From NCBI GenBank assembly GCA_964016885.1, contig OZ024745.1:57412001-57476000 (forward strand): 64,000 nucleotides of DNA, in the 5' to 3' direction. The notes below the pieces were generated by a model. It searched no databases. It saw only the letters and a list, made by a program, of their open reading frames with translations, and was not told where the DNA came from. The stretch comes from Eledone cirrhosa (Eukaryota). Each line of letters begins with the position of its first letter. Position 1 is the first letter of the stretch. The translations under genes and the position numbers were made by a program. Of the stretch, positions 28,312 through 40,154 are shown one piece after another.

Positions 28312-29480
28312 CCCAATTCACACTTTTGAAGTGAAATGGCAAAGAGTTCCCGTATACCTTTAGGTGATTTCAACAAAGCACCCTGTGCTAAAGTGGAATC
28401 CCATTGCGAATCATCTTCCAAAAGACCACGCTTAAAGCAGGCTTGCCGTTTCATATCACATATTTCTTCATCAACAATTTTGAGGTCCTGAAAACTGTGT
28501 GGGCCTACAACTTCATGCAGAAGAAGGTGGAGATGAAACACTCATGCTGACTTGGGGGCACAGTGCAAACCCTTCCAAGACAGCTGTCAAACTTTACACC
28601 AGGATGCCTGACCTTATTTTCTTCGCACCCTAGTGTTTTTAGACCATATAAAGTAGGATGTAACCTGGGAGTACACAATTGCTTGCGCAAATGTATCGAA
28701 CTGGCAAAGTTTGAAGAAACCTGTCAGAGTGGTCTCTTTCGGATCGGCGGCCAGCTTGCCGGCGGTTTGTTCCGTAAAGTAAACCCTTTGCCCATTTTCC
28801 AAATGTACCGCAAGCTGTACGATGGCGGTGTGCTGTTAGTGTAGAGGGAAACCAAATAGGCGCTAAAATGCTTCATTGCTATTGATGTACCGCCCCGCCA
28901 GGTATTCTGTGACATCATCAGAGCCCTTATTTACATATTTGCATATGTATTTTATAGACTTGACGGAGTTGCAAAACTCAACGTTGATGTGGGCGTTTAA
29001 CATCTTCAAGAGAAGCGAGCTGTAAGGGACCACCCATTTATTGTCGACTCGACCTCCCTTTAATGTTGTGGTGAAGCCAGCGTTCTCGGGCCTTCTCCGC
29101 CCGTACTCATCGCCACCAGTCTGAGTCTCGTCAACAAATCTTTTGGGGTATCTCTTACTGCACGACCCCCCTTTCAGATACGTGTGATGCTCATTAGGAC
29201 CCGACCTACACGGACCATGTTAGCTTTGACGATATCATATAATTCCTGGTCAGTTGCTGGGTTAGGGATTTCAGCCGAAATTAAGCTGTCTATGGCATTT
29301 GAATTGATTTTGTCAGCTAACCAAATCAAAATGTGAGCATGTGGCAGCACTCGTTTTTGCCATTCGACGGTGAACATGTCACATTTTACAGCCCCAAATA
29401 CCTGACCTTTTTGATTAAACCATGAGTTTAGCCAGTTTCAGTCTGAACACTCTGGCAATGAGGTCATGTCTGTTCGAATA
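28312..29480 (-). pseudogene. Frameshifted Helitron RepHel fragment (HUH Rep domain and linker)
   Basis: VEWQKRVLPHAHILIWL (HUH motif 2), ENGQRVYF, TTLTGFFKLC and ACFKRGLLEDDSQW are spread over several frames. Confidence 0.9.
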
Positions 29481-30185
29481 ATTTTACCCAAGAAAAAGTT
29501 CACGGTTACATTCCGATTCATAGGTCTATAGCATTAATCTGTTATATGAAGTGTTATTTTGCGGGTTGTTATTTGCTATAAGCCGATTGAAAATGACCCA
29601 GATAAGCCGTATGTCAATACGGATCGCTCCACTGCAGTATTGTCATATAGGGGGTGAAGAACGACAGAGAGAGAAAAACAGTTAAATTATAAAGAGGGGG
29701 AATATACGGAACGCTCCATTTGATCATACACATTGTTTCTCTCTTTGCAGTGTTGTCATATAGGGAGTGAAGAGCGACAGAGAGAGTAAAGCAGTTACAT
29801 TATAGAGAGGTCGTTATTGTTACGTTTGTTGTTTTATAAATTCATCTGTTGCTTTTGAATATTTGTTATTTGATGTAAAATGTAAGTGTGTACCTAAACT
29901 GTAATGGAGACGGAGGCAGTAACCTTTTAAAGAGAGTTGCAGAGGAGATTGAGGGTAGTGAGAGGAATGAAGCGTGTAAGAGAGAGGGTTACAAATGTAT
30001 TTAGTTTTATCGATTTTTCTTCCTAGAAGCAGGACATCCTTGGCAAAAATAATTACGCGTTGACCTGCCCTGGTAAATTTGGAGCACATTGGAAAAAAGT
30101 CATCAAAATCGGTAGAGAAATGTGGAAATGGATAAAAATCATACACACACACAGACAGACATCTACCCTTTTATATATATCGAGA
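28312..30185 (-). mobile_element. Helitron copy A, 3'-truncated at the satellite
   Basis: The 5' terminus on the minus strand is A|TCTCGATATATATAAAAGGGTAGATGTCTGTCTG at 30185. It contains Rep remnants and is homologous to 32159-34545. Confidence 0.88.
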
Positions 30186-30529
30186 TATATATAACTAGCA
30201 GTTTAGCCCAGAGTTTATCGGGTTTGTTCATTTGCTATGAAAAGTTACAAATAGGTAAACGTAGCTTGAAAGCGCATAAGCTTATCAATTATGTGCATAA
30301 AGCAGTTGAACCGGTTATTAAAAGTTACTAACAAATTAGCATTTTGGACAATCAATGATGGGTTAATAATCTTCCAATAGCGAATTTAGTAGACCAAAGT
30401 TGCCAGAGGGTGGCCCTGGTGCCGCTGGGTATCAGATCTGTCCGCTATGGGTGACCCTACCAGTTTTCCAGACGGCATAGCTCCAACACCTCCAACCCTG
30501 TACCAACATCTATAGCACTTCTTTGTAGA

Positions 30530-33370
30530 CGATATTGCGTGTCATCCCTTGAGGAGTGTAAGCAAAAAGTCAATTCCTGCTCCCTACGCGGAAACAGGCA
30601 ACATAAGGTTGGGCATGGGAGAAGCATGGCACCCCAAATGGATACCCGCCACAGACAATGTTTGCCCTTGTGACTTGTTAATGGACATGGCAAAACATGG
30701 TATTAACGGAAATTGGGAACGCCGGAAATCGAACGGGATATCTGACTCCGAGGGGAAAAGGTTCATCCTTGGAATGAAAACATTCTCACATCTCCCGCAC
30801 CCTGTTACAATGGTGGCCTCAATCAAGTGGGGCGTCAGTGACTTGACGACCATGCGAGTACCGTTGCATTGCTTTGGTGGACGCAAGTTCCTTATTAGCA
30901 TAATGGGACAGCCAACCCTAAGCTTAAAAATGTAAGATGGGAACCCTGGGGGCTCAAGGGAATTTAATAACTCAACCGGATAATTAGCGATATCGTCGGG
31001 GACTGACGTCCGGTCGATAGATTTGAAGATGTGTTCTTTACCGGGAATTTTATCAATCAGCTGCTCGTTAATAAAATTAACCATGGTAATTTTCGGAGCA
31101 AGGATGGCTCTTTCACTGAGCCAATCGAGGTTTTTAAAGTTAGATGAGACATTAGGAAAAACTGCTTCCCAAAGGTCAGAAGGGCTGCTCACAATGTTGC
31201 ACAGGGAGTCGATTGCAATGCCGCCCTTGTCATCCGCAGGGACCTTGCCCTCAGAAAGTGCTAAAATATTCTGAGCAAATGCTGCAGAAATGTTGTCACC
31301 ATGCAAATGAGTACGCATATTTGTGCTCAGGTACAAACTCTTCACCTGTAGCCACAACATGGACGACTTAAAAGGCACGCACTTCATCAGCTCTTGTCCC
31401 TTTGGGGATGACAGGCAGCGTTTCCCGAAAATCCCCTGATAGCAGAAGGGTTACGCCACCCATAGGAGCCGTAGAATCCCTAATGTCTTTCAGGGTCATG
31501 TTCAATGCCTCAAGGGCACCTTTGTGTGCCATTGTGCACTCATCCCAAACAATTAGGCAACATTATTTGAGAACCAGAGCTTCCTGTGAACTCTTGCTGA
31601 TATTGCATGTTGGTGTCTCAGTTTTTTCTACCAAGGGTAGTTTAAAGGTTGAATGTGCTGTCCTGCCGCCGGCAGCAAAGTAGCAGCGATCCCGGACGAT
31701 GCAACGGCCAACGCAATTCTTTTCTCCTGAAGAATCTTAGCGAGAATCAATTTCGTTACATAAGTTTTTCCGGTACCCCCAGGAGCATCGAGAAAGTAAA
31801 TACCCCCAGTCTGGTTTTGAACCGCGTCAATGATAGTTAAATAGGCCAACCTTTGTCCGACAGAAGTTTCGGCTCATTTTCCTCTAAGTATTGGGAAAGA
31901 GGTTCGATGTCATATGCTGTTTCCCGCAGCAAATCCGAGGCCAACGGGTTAACTTCCTCTCTGACGCTTGAAGGCAAGCCATACGTCGCCAACTCACTCC
32001 CACCCATGTCGAGGAGGGCGTCCTCGATATCAATGAGTGCCCTGTTGTAGATAATGCCGCTGTAACCAACTTCCACTGAAGTATACTGCAGATGAGCCAG
32101 GCACAAGAAGTCCTCATACATGAAGTCTCTGTACTTGACCTATACAGATTTGAGATCACCCAATTCACACTTTGAAGAAAATAGCAAAGAGTTCCCGTAG
32201 ACCTTTAGGTGATTTCAACAAAGCACCCTCTGCTAAAATGGAATCCCATTGCGAATCATCTTCCAAAAGACCACGCTTAAAGCAGGCTTCCCGGTACCTA
32301 TCACATATTTCTCCATCAACAGTTTTGATGTCCTGAAAACTTTGTGGGCCTACAAATTCATGCAGAAGAAGGTGGAGATGAAAGCACTCATGCTTACTTG
32401 GAGGCACAGTGTAAACCCTTCCAAGACAGCAGTCAATTTTTACACCAGGATGTCTTTCAGCAGTGTGACCTGACATCTTCGCACCCAAGTGTTTTTCGAC
32501 CATATAAAGTAGGATGGAACCTGGGAGTACACAATTGTTTGCGTAAATATATCGAACTGGCAAAGTTTGAAGAAACCCGTCAGAGTGGTCTCTTTCGGAT
32601 CGGCGGCCAACTTGGCGGTGGTTTGGTCCGTAAAGTAAACCCTTTGCCCATTTTCCGAATGTACCGCAAGCTGTACGATGGCGGGGTGACGTTGGTGTAG
32701 GCGTAAACCAAATAGGCGCCAAAAAGCTTCATTGCTACTGATGTACCGCCCCGCCAGGTATTCTGTGACCTCGTCTCTGCTAGTTTCAGCTTGAAAAATG
32801 CGAACATAGCGGCATCAGAGCACTTATTTACATATTTGCATATGTATTTTATCGACTTGACGGAGTTGCAAAACTTAACGTTGATGTGGGCGTTGAACAT
32901 CTTCAAGAGAAGCGGGAAGTAAGGGACCACCTATCTATTGTCGGCTTAACCTCCCCTTACTGTTGTGGTGAAGCCACCGTTCTCGGACCGTCTCCTCCTG
33001 TACAGGGGGTACTCTTCGCCACCAGTCTGGGTCTGGTCAACAAATTTTGGGGGGTATCCCTTACTGAAGGACTCACCCCCCCACCTTTCAGACACGTGTG
33101 ATGCTCATTTGGACCCGACGTACACGGACCATGAATCCTGTTACCTTTGACGATGTCATGTAATTCCTGGTCAGTTGCTAGGTTAGGGAATTCAGCCGAA
33201 ATGAAGCTGTCTATGGCATTTGAATTGATTTTATCAGCTAACCAAATCAAAATGTGAGCATGTGGCAGCCCTCGTTTTTGCCATTGGACGGTGAACATGT
33301 CATATTTTACAGCTCAAAATACCTGCCCTTTTTGATTAAAGCCATGAGTTTAGCCAGTTTCAGTCTGAAT
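30530..33370 (-). pseudogene. Frameshifted Helitron RepHel: HUH Rep plus Pif1-family SF1 helicase
   Basis: QWQKRGLPHAHILIWL, HINVKFCNSVKSIKYICKYVNK (YxxKY), FLDAPGGTGKTY (Walker A), IMLIRNL..CNGTR and QFPLIPCFAMSINKSQGQTL, with many frameshifts. Confidence 0.93.
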
Positions 33371-33529
33371 AATTTTGTCTGTTCGAATAATTTTGCCCAG
33401 GAAAAAGTTCACGGGTTACATTCCGATTCATATGTCTATAGCATTAATCTGTTATATGAAGTGTTATTTTGCGGGTTGTTATTTGCAATAAGCCGATTGA
33501 AAATGCCCCAGATAAGCCGTATGTCAATA

Positions 33530-33722
33530 CGGAACGCTCCACTGCAGTGTTGTCATATAGGGAGCGAAGAGCGACAGAGAGAGTAAAGCAGTTAAATTAT
33601 AGAGAGGGGGAATATACGGAACGCTCCATTTGACCATATACATTGTTTCTCTCTCTGCATGTTGTCATATAGGGAGTGAAGAGCGACAGAGAGAGTAAAG
33701 CAGTTAAATTATAGTGAGGGGG
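33530..33722. repeat. ~110-bp tandem repeat in the Helitron 5' non-coding region (also at 29620-29810)
   Basis: TGTCATATAGGGAGYGAAGAGCGACAGAGAGAGTAAAGCAGTTAAATTATAG-like sequence occurs twice in each Helitron copy. Partial copies lie at 34190-34330. Confidence 0.8.
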
Positions 33723-34530
33723 AATGATCATGATCGATTTTTGCCCATATTGTTGATTGATTTGAAATTGTTTTGCTTCATGACCTTCTCCTGACCAAAA
33801 GCATTAATTGCTCCGACTTTGAATAGAATCCGTGAAAAAAGTTCTCATTAATTTTTTGTCTCATATTGAGAAAAACAAAGAAAGAAAATTACAAAAAGGA
33901 CAACAATAAAATATGTCTTTGTTGAGAATCATGTAAATAAATGCTTAAGCGTCGTTATTGTTACGTTTGTTGTTTTATAAATTCACCTGTTGCTTTTTAT
34001 ATTTATTATTTGATGTAAAATGTAAGTGTGTAATATGTAACGTTGAGAGAGCAGTATGTATTTAGTGTTATCGGCTTTTTAAATTTTGATATTTGATGTA
34101 TGAGTGTTTGTTGTTGTATAAAATGATGTGTTGCTTAGTTATCAAAGTTTTTTTCGCGTTCCCGAACGAATAGGGGGAATGATCTATTATATATAGAGAG
34201 AAGAGCAACGGATAGAGTGAAGCTGGTGTTAAACCTCGAAGCATGAAGAGAGTAAAGCAGTTAAATTATAGAGAGTGGGAATAATCTATTGTAGAGAGAG
34301 GGAAGAGCGACGGAGAGAGTAAAGCTATGGCTGTTGTGTTGCTTAGGTTTCAAAGTTTGTGTCGCGTTCCTTCAAAAGAAGTTTTGTCGTTGTTCTAAAT
34401 TGTAATGGTGATAGAGTAGTAGACGGAGGCCCTGGTAAATTTGGAACACATTGGAAAAGAAATCATCAAAATCGGTAGAGAAATGTGGAAATGCATAAAA
34501 ATCAAACATACACACAGACAGACATCTACC

Positions 34531-34616
<86 letters not shown>

Positions 34617-34959
34617 TAACAGATTAAAGTTTAAGCAAAGAATCGCTGCGTTCACCCTTAACGGGATCTTCTGAAACTAAAAATGTCAATCCGAGAACGC
34701 AGAATTAAATATTTCGAAACACGTTACACACACTATATATATATATATATACACACACAAATATAGCGTCATAATGTCGTAATGCAGGGAGCCAGACATA
34801 CAGACAGATATTATAAGTGTGCAACGTTATATCTATGTATCTATCTAAAAAGAAAGACTAATAATTATAGAGAGAGATCGCTGAATCGCCTAATACGGTC
34901 CCGAGGGTATTGAATATTTGAAATATCTTTTGCTTAAAACACTCACAGGACCATAAGTA

Positions 34960-35063
34960 TTACATGTGTAAAGTTTGAAAACAATCGGTTGGGTGGTTCT
35001 CGAGTTTTAAGGAGTCAGACAGATAGACAGAGAGACTGACATTCTCTGTTTTAGATATATAGA
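34960..35063 (-). mobile_element. 5' end fragment of a non-autonomous Helitron
   Basis: TGTGTAAAGTTTGAAAACAATCGG...GACAGATAGACAG...TTTTAGATATATAGA|T resembles the terminus at 39041-39127. Confidence 0.55.
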
Positions 35064-35527
35064 TAAACTCCCCTTTTATATATGCTGACTACAAAATGAA
35101 ACACGAGATTAGAAGTTGATATATATATTTAAAAAATACAGACACTCGGAATCATTTTCTTTTCACATCATCCAAAGAATACCTGCAAGAACATTCCTTT
35201 GAACTAAGCTACGAATATCTGCTCAATATATTAAAAAAACACAAGAATTTATAGTAAACTAGAAATATATAGCAAAATAGAAAAATGTTAGTACTTCATA
35301 TTTAACCGAGAAGTGTATATACATAAAAGTAAGCTTACCGATTCTTTTAAAAAAAAGGAGCAATATCTTGAGTAAAATATCCGATCGTAAAAGAATAAAA
35401 GCCTCGCAAAATCACTAGATAATATAGTGAGAATTACCGTGCGCTTATATGTTACAGTTGTTGTACTTTGCTCAAGATATTTATGTAAAGTGTAGAATAT
35501 TTTGTAAAATATTATTTTGAATGAAAT

Positions 35528-35711
35528 AAAAGGGCGGTGAATTGGCAGTTACGGTAGAGGGTCGGACGCCATGCTTTGCAGCATAGTTAGGTCCCTTTAC
35601 GGTCTGAGTTCAAATCCCGTCGTGGTTAACTTTGCCTTTAATCCTTACGATAAAATAAAGTACCAGTAATGCACTGGGATAATGGCTGGCCTCGTGCTAA
35701 AAGTAGAATCA
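35528..35711 (+). mobile_element. tRNA-derived SINE
   Basis: A-box-like TGGCAGTTACGG, B-box GAGTTCAAATCC and core GATAAAATAAAGTACCAGT. TSD ATTATTTTGAATGAAAT at 35511-35527 and 35712-35728. Confidence 0.9.
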
Positions 35712-37853
35712 ATTATTTTGAATGAAATGTACCATAATGTGGTTTGGGGGCTAAATGTTAAAATATGAGGTTACAAAATACGTTGGGGGGATAACTTGCA
35801 ATACTTTATATGACTATATATTTCGGGATAAAATCCTTCAATCAAAAGGTTAATAGAAGAATCTTGTTCGGTGCTGTATATATTTTGTCACTATTAAGCT
35901 GCCACTGTTGGAAATTTGAAAGTGGATTATTTGTCATTCAACGTTGGACGTGGTGAATGGGTCACATGGTTATGTTATCAAATCATTATTCTGCTCTAAA
36001 TTTTGTTTTATCATTTTAAAACTATAATATCGTGTGGATTCTGTGTTCTTGTCTAGCGTTGAATTGCAGCTTCAGTTTGACTATAACTATAGATTGTTTT
36101 ATCCCGTGATTGCCGGTATTCATATCTACAAACAGCGAAAATATTTAGCTACATTCTACAACTACATCTACAAACAAACCATCGGTTATACAAATGGCAT
36201 CCAGCCTTTAAATTTACTGTCCATCAACTAAATTGACTTGGTGGAATGACGAATGATCAACTTCTTCCACTATTGTGCCTTCTTCAGCAGTTATGTAGAT
36301 TACATAAATCAACATTACGTCTTCCTGTGAAGAATATTTTATGTTGCCTTATGTATGTATGTAGTTATGTATGTATGTATGTAGTTATGTATGTATTTCT
36401 GTATGTATGTATGTATGCATGTGTGTTTGTATCTATTCAGGGAGGTAGGTATGTGTTTGTATGCATTTACTTGAGTATGTAGATAGATTTAAACGAATGT
36501 GCGTATGTAACGTATCGACATTTAATGCTGTAAAAATAAATCGTCTTTATCAACTTTAGAGGATTGCATATTACCGACAAACTTCACCCAAGGGTATATA
36601 TACTAAATAGAAATCCTGTTAGATCAACAAGCAGAATAATGGTCTATTACTTTAATGTTGAGGAAAAGTAAGCTCTTCCGGCTTGAGATACATTGTATAA
36701 GTCCAGATAATCCCACAGTAAATAACATGCTAGATGTTAGGTTATAGGAAATGAATATTTATGTTTAGATATTTAATTGAAATATTTTCCGCTTCCTTTT
36801 TTTTCAAAATGTAAAATGAAAATTTTCTCCTACAGTTGGTGAGTAGTATATGATTATTTCAATCAAAATTGGAAGACTCTATTACTGTTGACAAAAGTCG
36901 ATATTTTCACTTGAAATCACCATTATCTTATCTCATGTTGAATCCTTTACATGAGACGGTTACATTCAATTACGTTTTCTTGAAATCACTTTTAAAATGT
37001 TCATATTTATACTTTGTCAAATATTGACGTTGTAAAATAAACATAATCACTTTTATATACATAATATTGAAAATCAGCTGACATGTAATATTCTATAGTT
37101 GAAAGTTAATAAAGAAAATTATAGGATAACATAGCTTATGAATATTAAAATAAATACTGATGCGCTTCAAATAACATTAGAATATATAAATAAGGAATTA
37201 CGGATATATTGATCAAATGACATAAGCATACTTTTTACGGGTGACTTGATGTATTATGCAGAGGTTTCATAATATTTTAAATATCGAGACTTATAGATAT
37301 GACGTTATAAAAATGTAATCTTTATATAATTGTTATATAGAGCCACTTCATAGTCCACATTTCTAAAGAAAGAGAAATATTGACATTTTCATAATTTAAA
37401 TCAAAGGTAATTTGATTAAATGCTTCTGAGAAGTTTGGTATCTTTTAACATTCAAAACTGTCTAAACATTGGTATAATTATTATAAAAGAAATGACTACA
37501 TCGTGCTTCTCACGTATAATATTGTATTGCTGAAATTGGGCAGAAAGAATTAATATACAAAATTGCAGAGAGTTCTTAAAATAAACGTTGACAGTGTTCA
37601 AATAATACTACAGAATGACAAAAATAATTCTTGGAAATACTTATTGAATTACAGTCGGAATTGAAATTTGTATGAAATAACATTTACTAACGGAAGAATG
37701 ATGCAGTTAGTAATCGATGAATGATATTATATATCTGTATATATCATACACACACACAAACACACAGACACACACACACACAGACACACATACAAACACA
37801 AACACATACACACACATACACACACACACATACACACACACACACACAGAAAC

Positions 37854-37884
<31 letters not shown>

Positions 37885-39127
37885 CTAGCAGCAGGACTCG
37901 GCGTTGCACGAGGTAGGACACCTGAAATAGCAAACACGCATATGCAAAGATTGAGGAATGTAGCTGTGTACCTTTTGAACTCCCTTATTCTCAGGGAATG
38001 ATTGTTCATCTACTGGAAACGTAGAACACCAGCAGGCCCGAATCGTGAATCATCTGCATGCATGTGCAAAATCTGAAGAAAATCAACTGGATACTCTTCA
38101 AGCGTACTAAATATTAGAGTATGATTTTTTCTTCCATTTGGAGAAAATCGGTTAGGTACTTTTAGAGGTTTATAGATTCGCACCCAGTCATCTGGACAAA
38201 CATTATTAGTTATGTCTATGGCAGTGGATTAGCAGTATCGGTAGAGGGTCGGACGCCATGCTTTCCAGCATAGTTACGTCCCTTTACGATCTGAGTTCAA
38301 ATCCTGCCGAGGTTGACTTTGCCTTTCATCCTTACGGGGTCGATAAAATAAAGTACCAGTAATGCACTGGTTAATTGCTGGCCTTGTGCCTAAAGTAGAA
38401 ACAATTATTAGTTATGTCTATTGCACCTATATGCATACTGTACAGAGTAAATCCTGCAATGCTTGAGTAAGACATGTCATGCAACCGCACAGCATGTTGG
38501 GCCTTCCCAACAGGAGACCATAGCCTCTTCGTAAATCTACCCAATATGATATAGATCGAACTATTATATCGGATGCCGAACGCTTCGGAGTTACTATTGG
38601 GGTTACCATCAAAAGGGCGCCGACAAAAGTTTTAAGGTCCTCCTCATTTCCTCAATCTCCGAAAATGGTCCTGCTTAAAAGTAAGTAAGTGTTGTGTCCT
38701 CTGTTAATAAACCAAATTTTTAACGAAATATTATACGCTACTTACGATGTTTAAATAGCGTTTATATTGAAAATGAAAATGGCATGTAATGCCCAATGCT
38801 AATTCGTAAATTTCCTAGAAACCAGTAAAGGAATCGGACACTTTTTTCGGCCACAGCAATGCGAGGGGAGTAACTAATAGGTACTGCAAATTTCGAGGGA
38901 ATCAGCTGGATTATCTTAGTTACGCCTCACAAAAGCCTAAAAGTGCCTAGAAAATGCGGTTTTTCGCCTAATGCGAGCCCCAGGGCCGAAAAAGTTAAAT
39001 TCTTTTACGTCCATTGCACTTCAAGTAATACAAGTACGCATGTGTAAAGTTTAAAATCGGTCGGGTACTTCACGAGTTTTAGGGATTTACACAGACAGAC
39101 AGACATCCTGTATTTTATATATATAGA
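37885..39127 (-). mobile_element. Non-autonomous Helitron with both termini (~1.24 kb including a nested SINE)
   Basis: 5' A|TCTATATATATAAAATACAGGATGTCTGTCTG at 39127. 3' hairpin CTCGTGCAACGCCGAG followed by TCCTGCTGCTAG|T at 37885. Inserted between A and T with no TSD. Confidence 0.85.
38220..38403 (+). mobile_element. tRNA-derived SINE nested in the Helitron
   Basis: Same family as 35528. 18-bp TSD ATTATTAGTTATGTCTAT at 38202-38219 and 38404-38421. Confidence 0.92.
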
Positions 39128-39216
39128 TATATAACAAAGAGTGTGTGGTAAGATACCAGGTGGACCATAACGCACCAGAGTACTCAATACTTAAGGTAGA
39201 AGAGTGGGTAATAGAA

Positions 39217-39329
39217 AAAGAGCCAGGACCCCGACGGCTGAGCTCCGACCGTTTCGACAGCTACATCAGAACTCAGTTTGGATCTAGCTGTTGAATCGGT
39301 CGGAGCTCGGCCGTTGAGGTCCTGACTAT

Positions 39330-39332
<3 letters not shown>
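39217..39332. repeat. Imperfect ~115-bp fold-back next to (TA)n, with a decayed hammerhead-like motif on the minus strand (39240-39274)
   Basis: Arms GCCAGGACCCCGACGGCTGAGCTCCGACC.. and ..GGTCGGAGCTCGGCCGTTGAGGTCCTGAC. The minus strand reads GAGTT-CTGATGTA-GCTGTC-GAAAC-G-GTC-GGAGCTC. Confidence 0.7.
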
Positions 39333-39393
<61 letters not shown>

Positions 39394-39463
39394 TTGTATG
39401 CTTTCATTAACAGCAATATTTTATAATTATGTGTAAGTGTATGTGGGTATATGAGCTAACTAA

Positions 39464-39645
39464 ATAATTGTTTCTACTTTTGGCACAAGGCCAGCAATTA
39501 ACCAGTACATTACTGGTACTTTATTTTATCGACCCCCTAACGATGAAAGGCAAAGTTAACCTCGGCGGGATTTGAACTAAGACCGTAAAGGGACGGAACT
39601 ATGCTGGAAAGCATAGCGTCCGACTCTAGCGATACTGCCAATCCA
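39464..39645 (-). mobile_element. tRNA-derived SINE
   Basis: Reverse complement of the same family (ACTGGTACTTTATTTTATCGACCCC...GGATTTGAACT). Confidence 0.9.
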
Positions 39646-39942
39646 ATTTAGATGTTATAAACTCTAAATTGTACCGAGAGTATTGATGTGGACTGTATTA
39701 ATTTGAATAAAATGAAATTACGTAAAACATTCAGTATAGAATAAAATGGAAATTAATATAATGAATTAACATTTCGAATTATTGTGCCCGTTTCTATTCT
39801 GGTTATATTTTTCTCAAGGGTAATTTTCAGTAAAATATCAAATCCTTATTTGCACAATATATTGTACAGCAAATCTCTAAGAACTACGACCTAATTTCTT
39901 TATAAGCGGGCATCTATAATTTTGTTACGAGAATATATAAGT

Positions 39943-40012
<70 letters not shown>

Positions 40013-40154
40013 ATTTAAGCGAGTATACTTGCTCTTGTGTGAGGCTGTATATATATGTATGCGCCTGTGTCCGTGAGTGACGCGAATTTCAAGCCAATGT
40101 GATCAGAAATGGTAGTAAAACGGCGAGTATTGTGAGACAATTGACAGCCTAGTT

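Larger units (their letters stand above)
1..28314. repeat. 20-bp tandem satellite, consensus CCCCGTTTTTTATTTGGGTG, with a frequent ~18-bp variant CCGTTTTTTATGGGGGGT and higher-order repeats
   Basis: The unit is visible throughout and continues off the left edge. It ends at ...TATTTGGGTGCCCC (28314). All three + frames give the 20-aa repeat FLFGCPVFYLGAPFFIWVPR (3 units). Confidence 0.98.
30195..34545 (-). mobile_element. Helitron copy B (~4.35 kb, internally deleted and decayed)
   Basis: The 3' end on the minus strand is the imperfect hairpin CCCGATAAACTCTGGG followed by CTAAACTGCTAG|T (CTAG at 30195-30198). The 5' end matches copy A and runs into (TA)n at ~34536. Confidence 0.9.

Noticed and set aside
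1-28314. CRISPR-like or telomeric array
   Set aside because: There are no unique spacers or cas genes and the context is eukaryotic. The unit is not TTAGGG-like and no chromosome end is visible.
9-28363. Long + strand ORFs (up to 849 aa) rich in F/G/P/W
   Set aside because: They are open in all three frames because A is scarce in the satellite, and G-run indels shift frames between HOR copies. Not genes.
30584-31387. 267-aa ORF as a host Pif1 helicase gene
   Set aside because: It is a fragment of a frameshifted RepHel inside Helitron termini.
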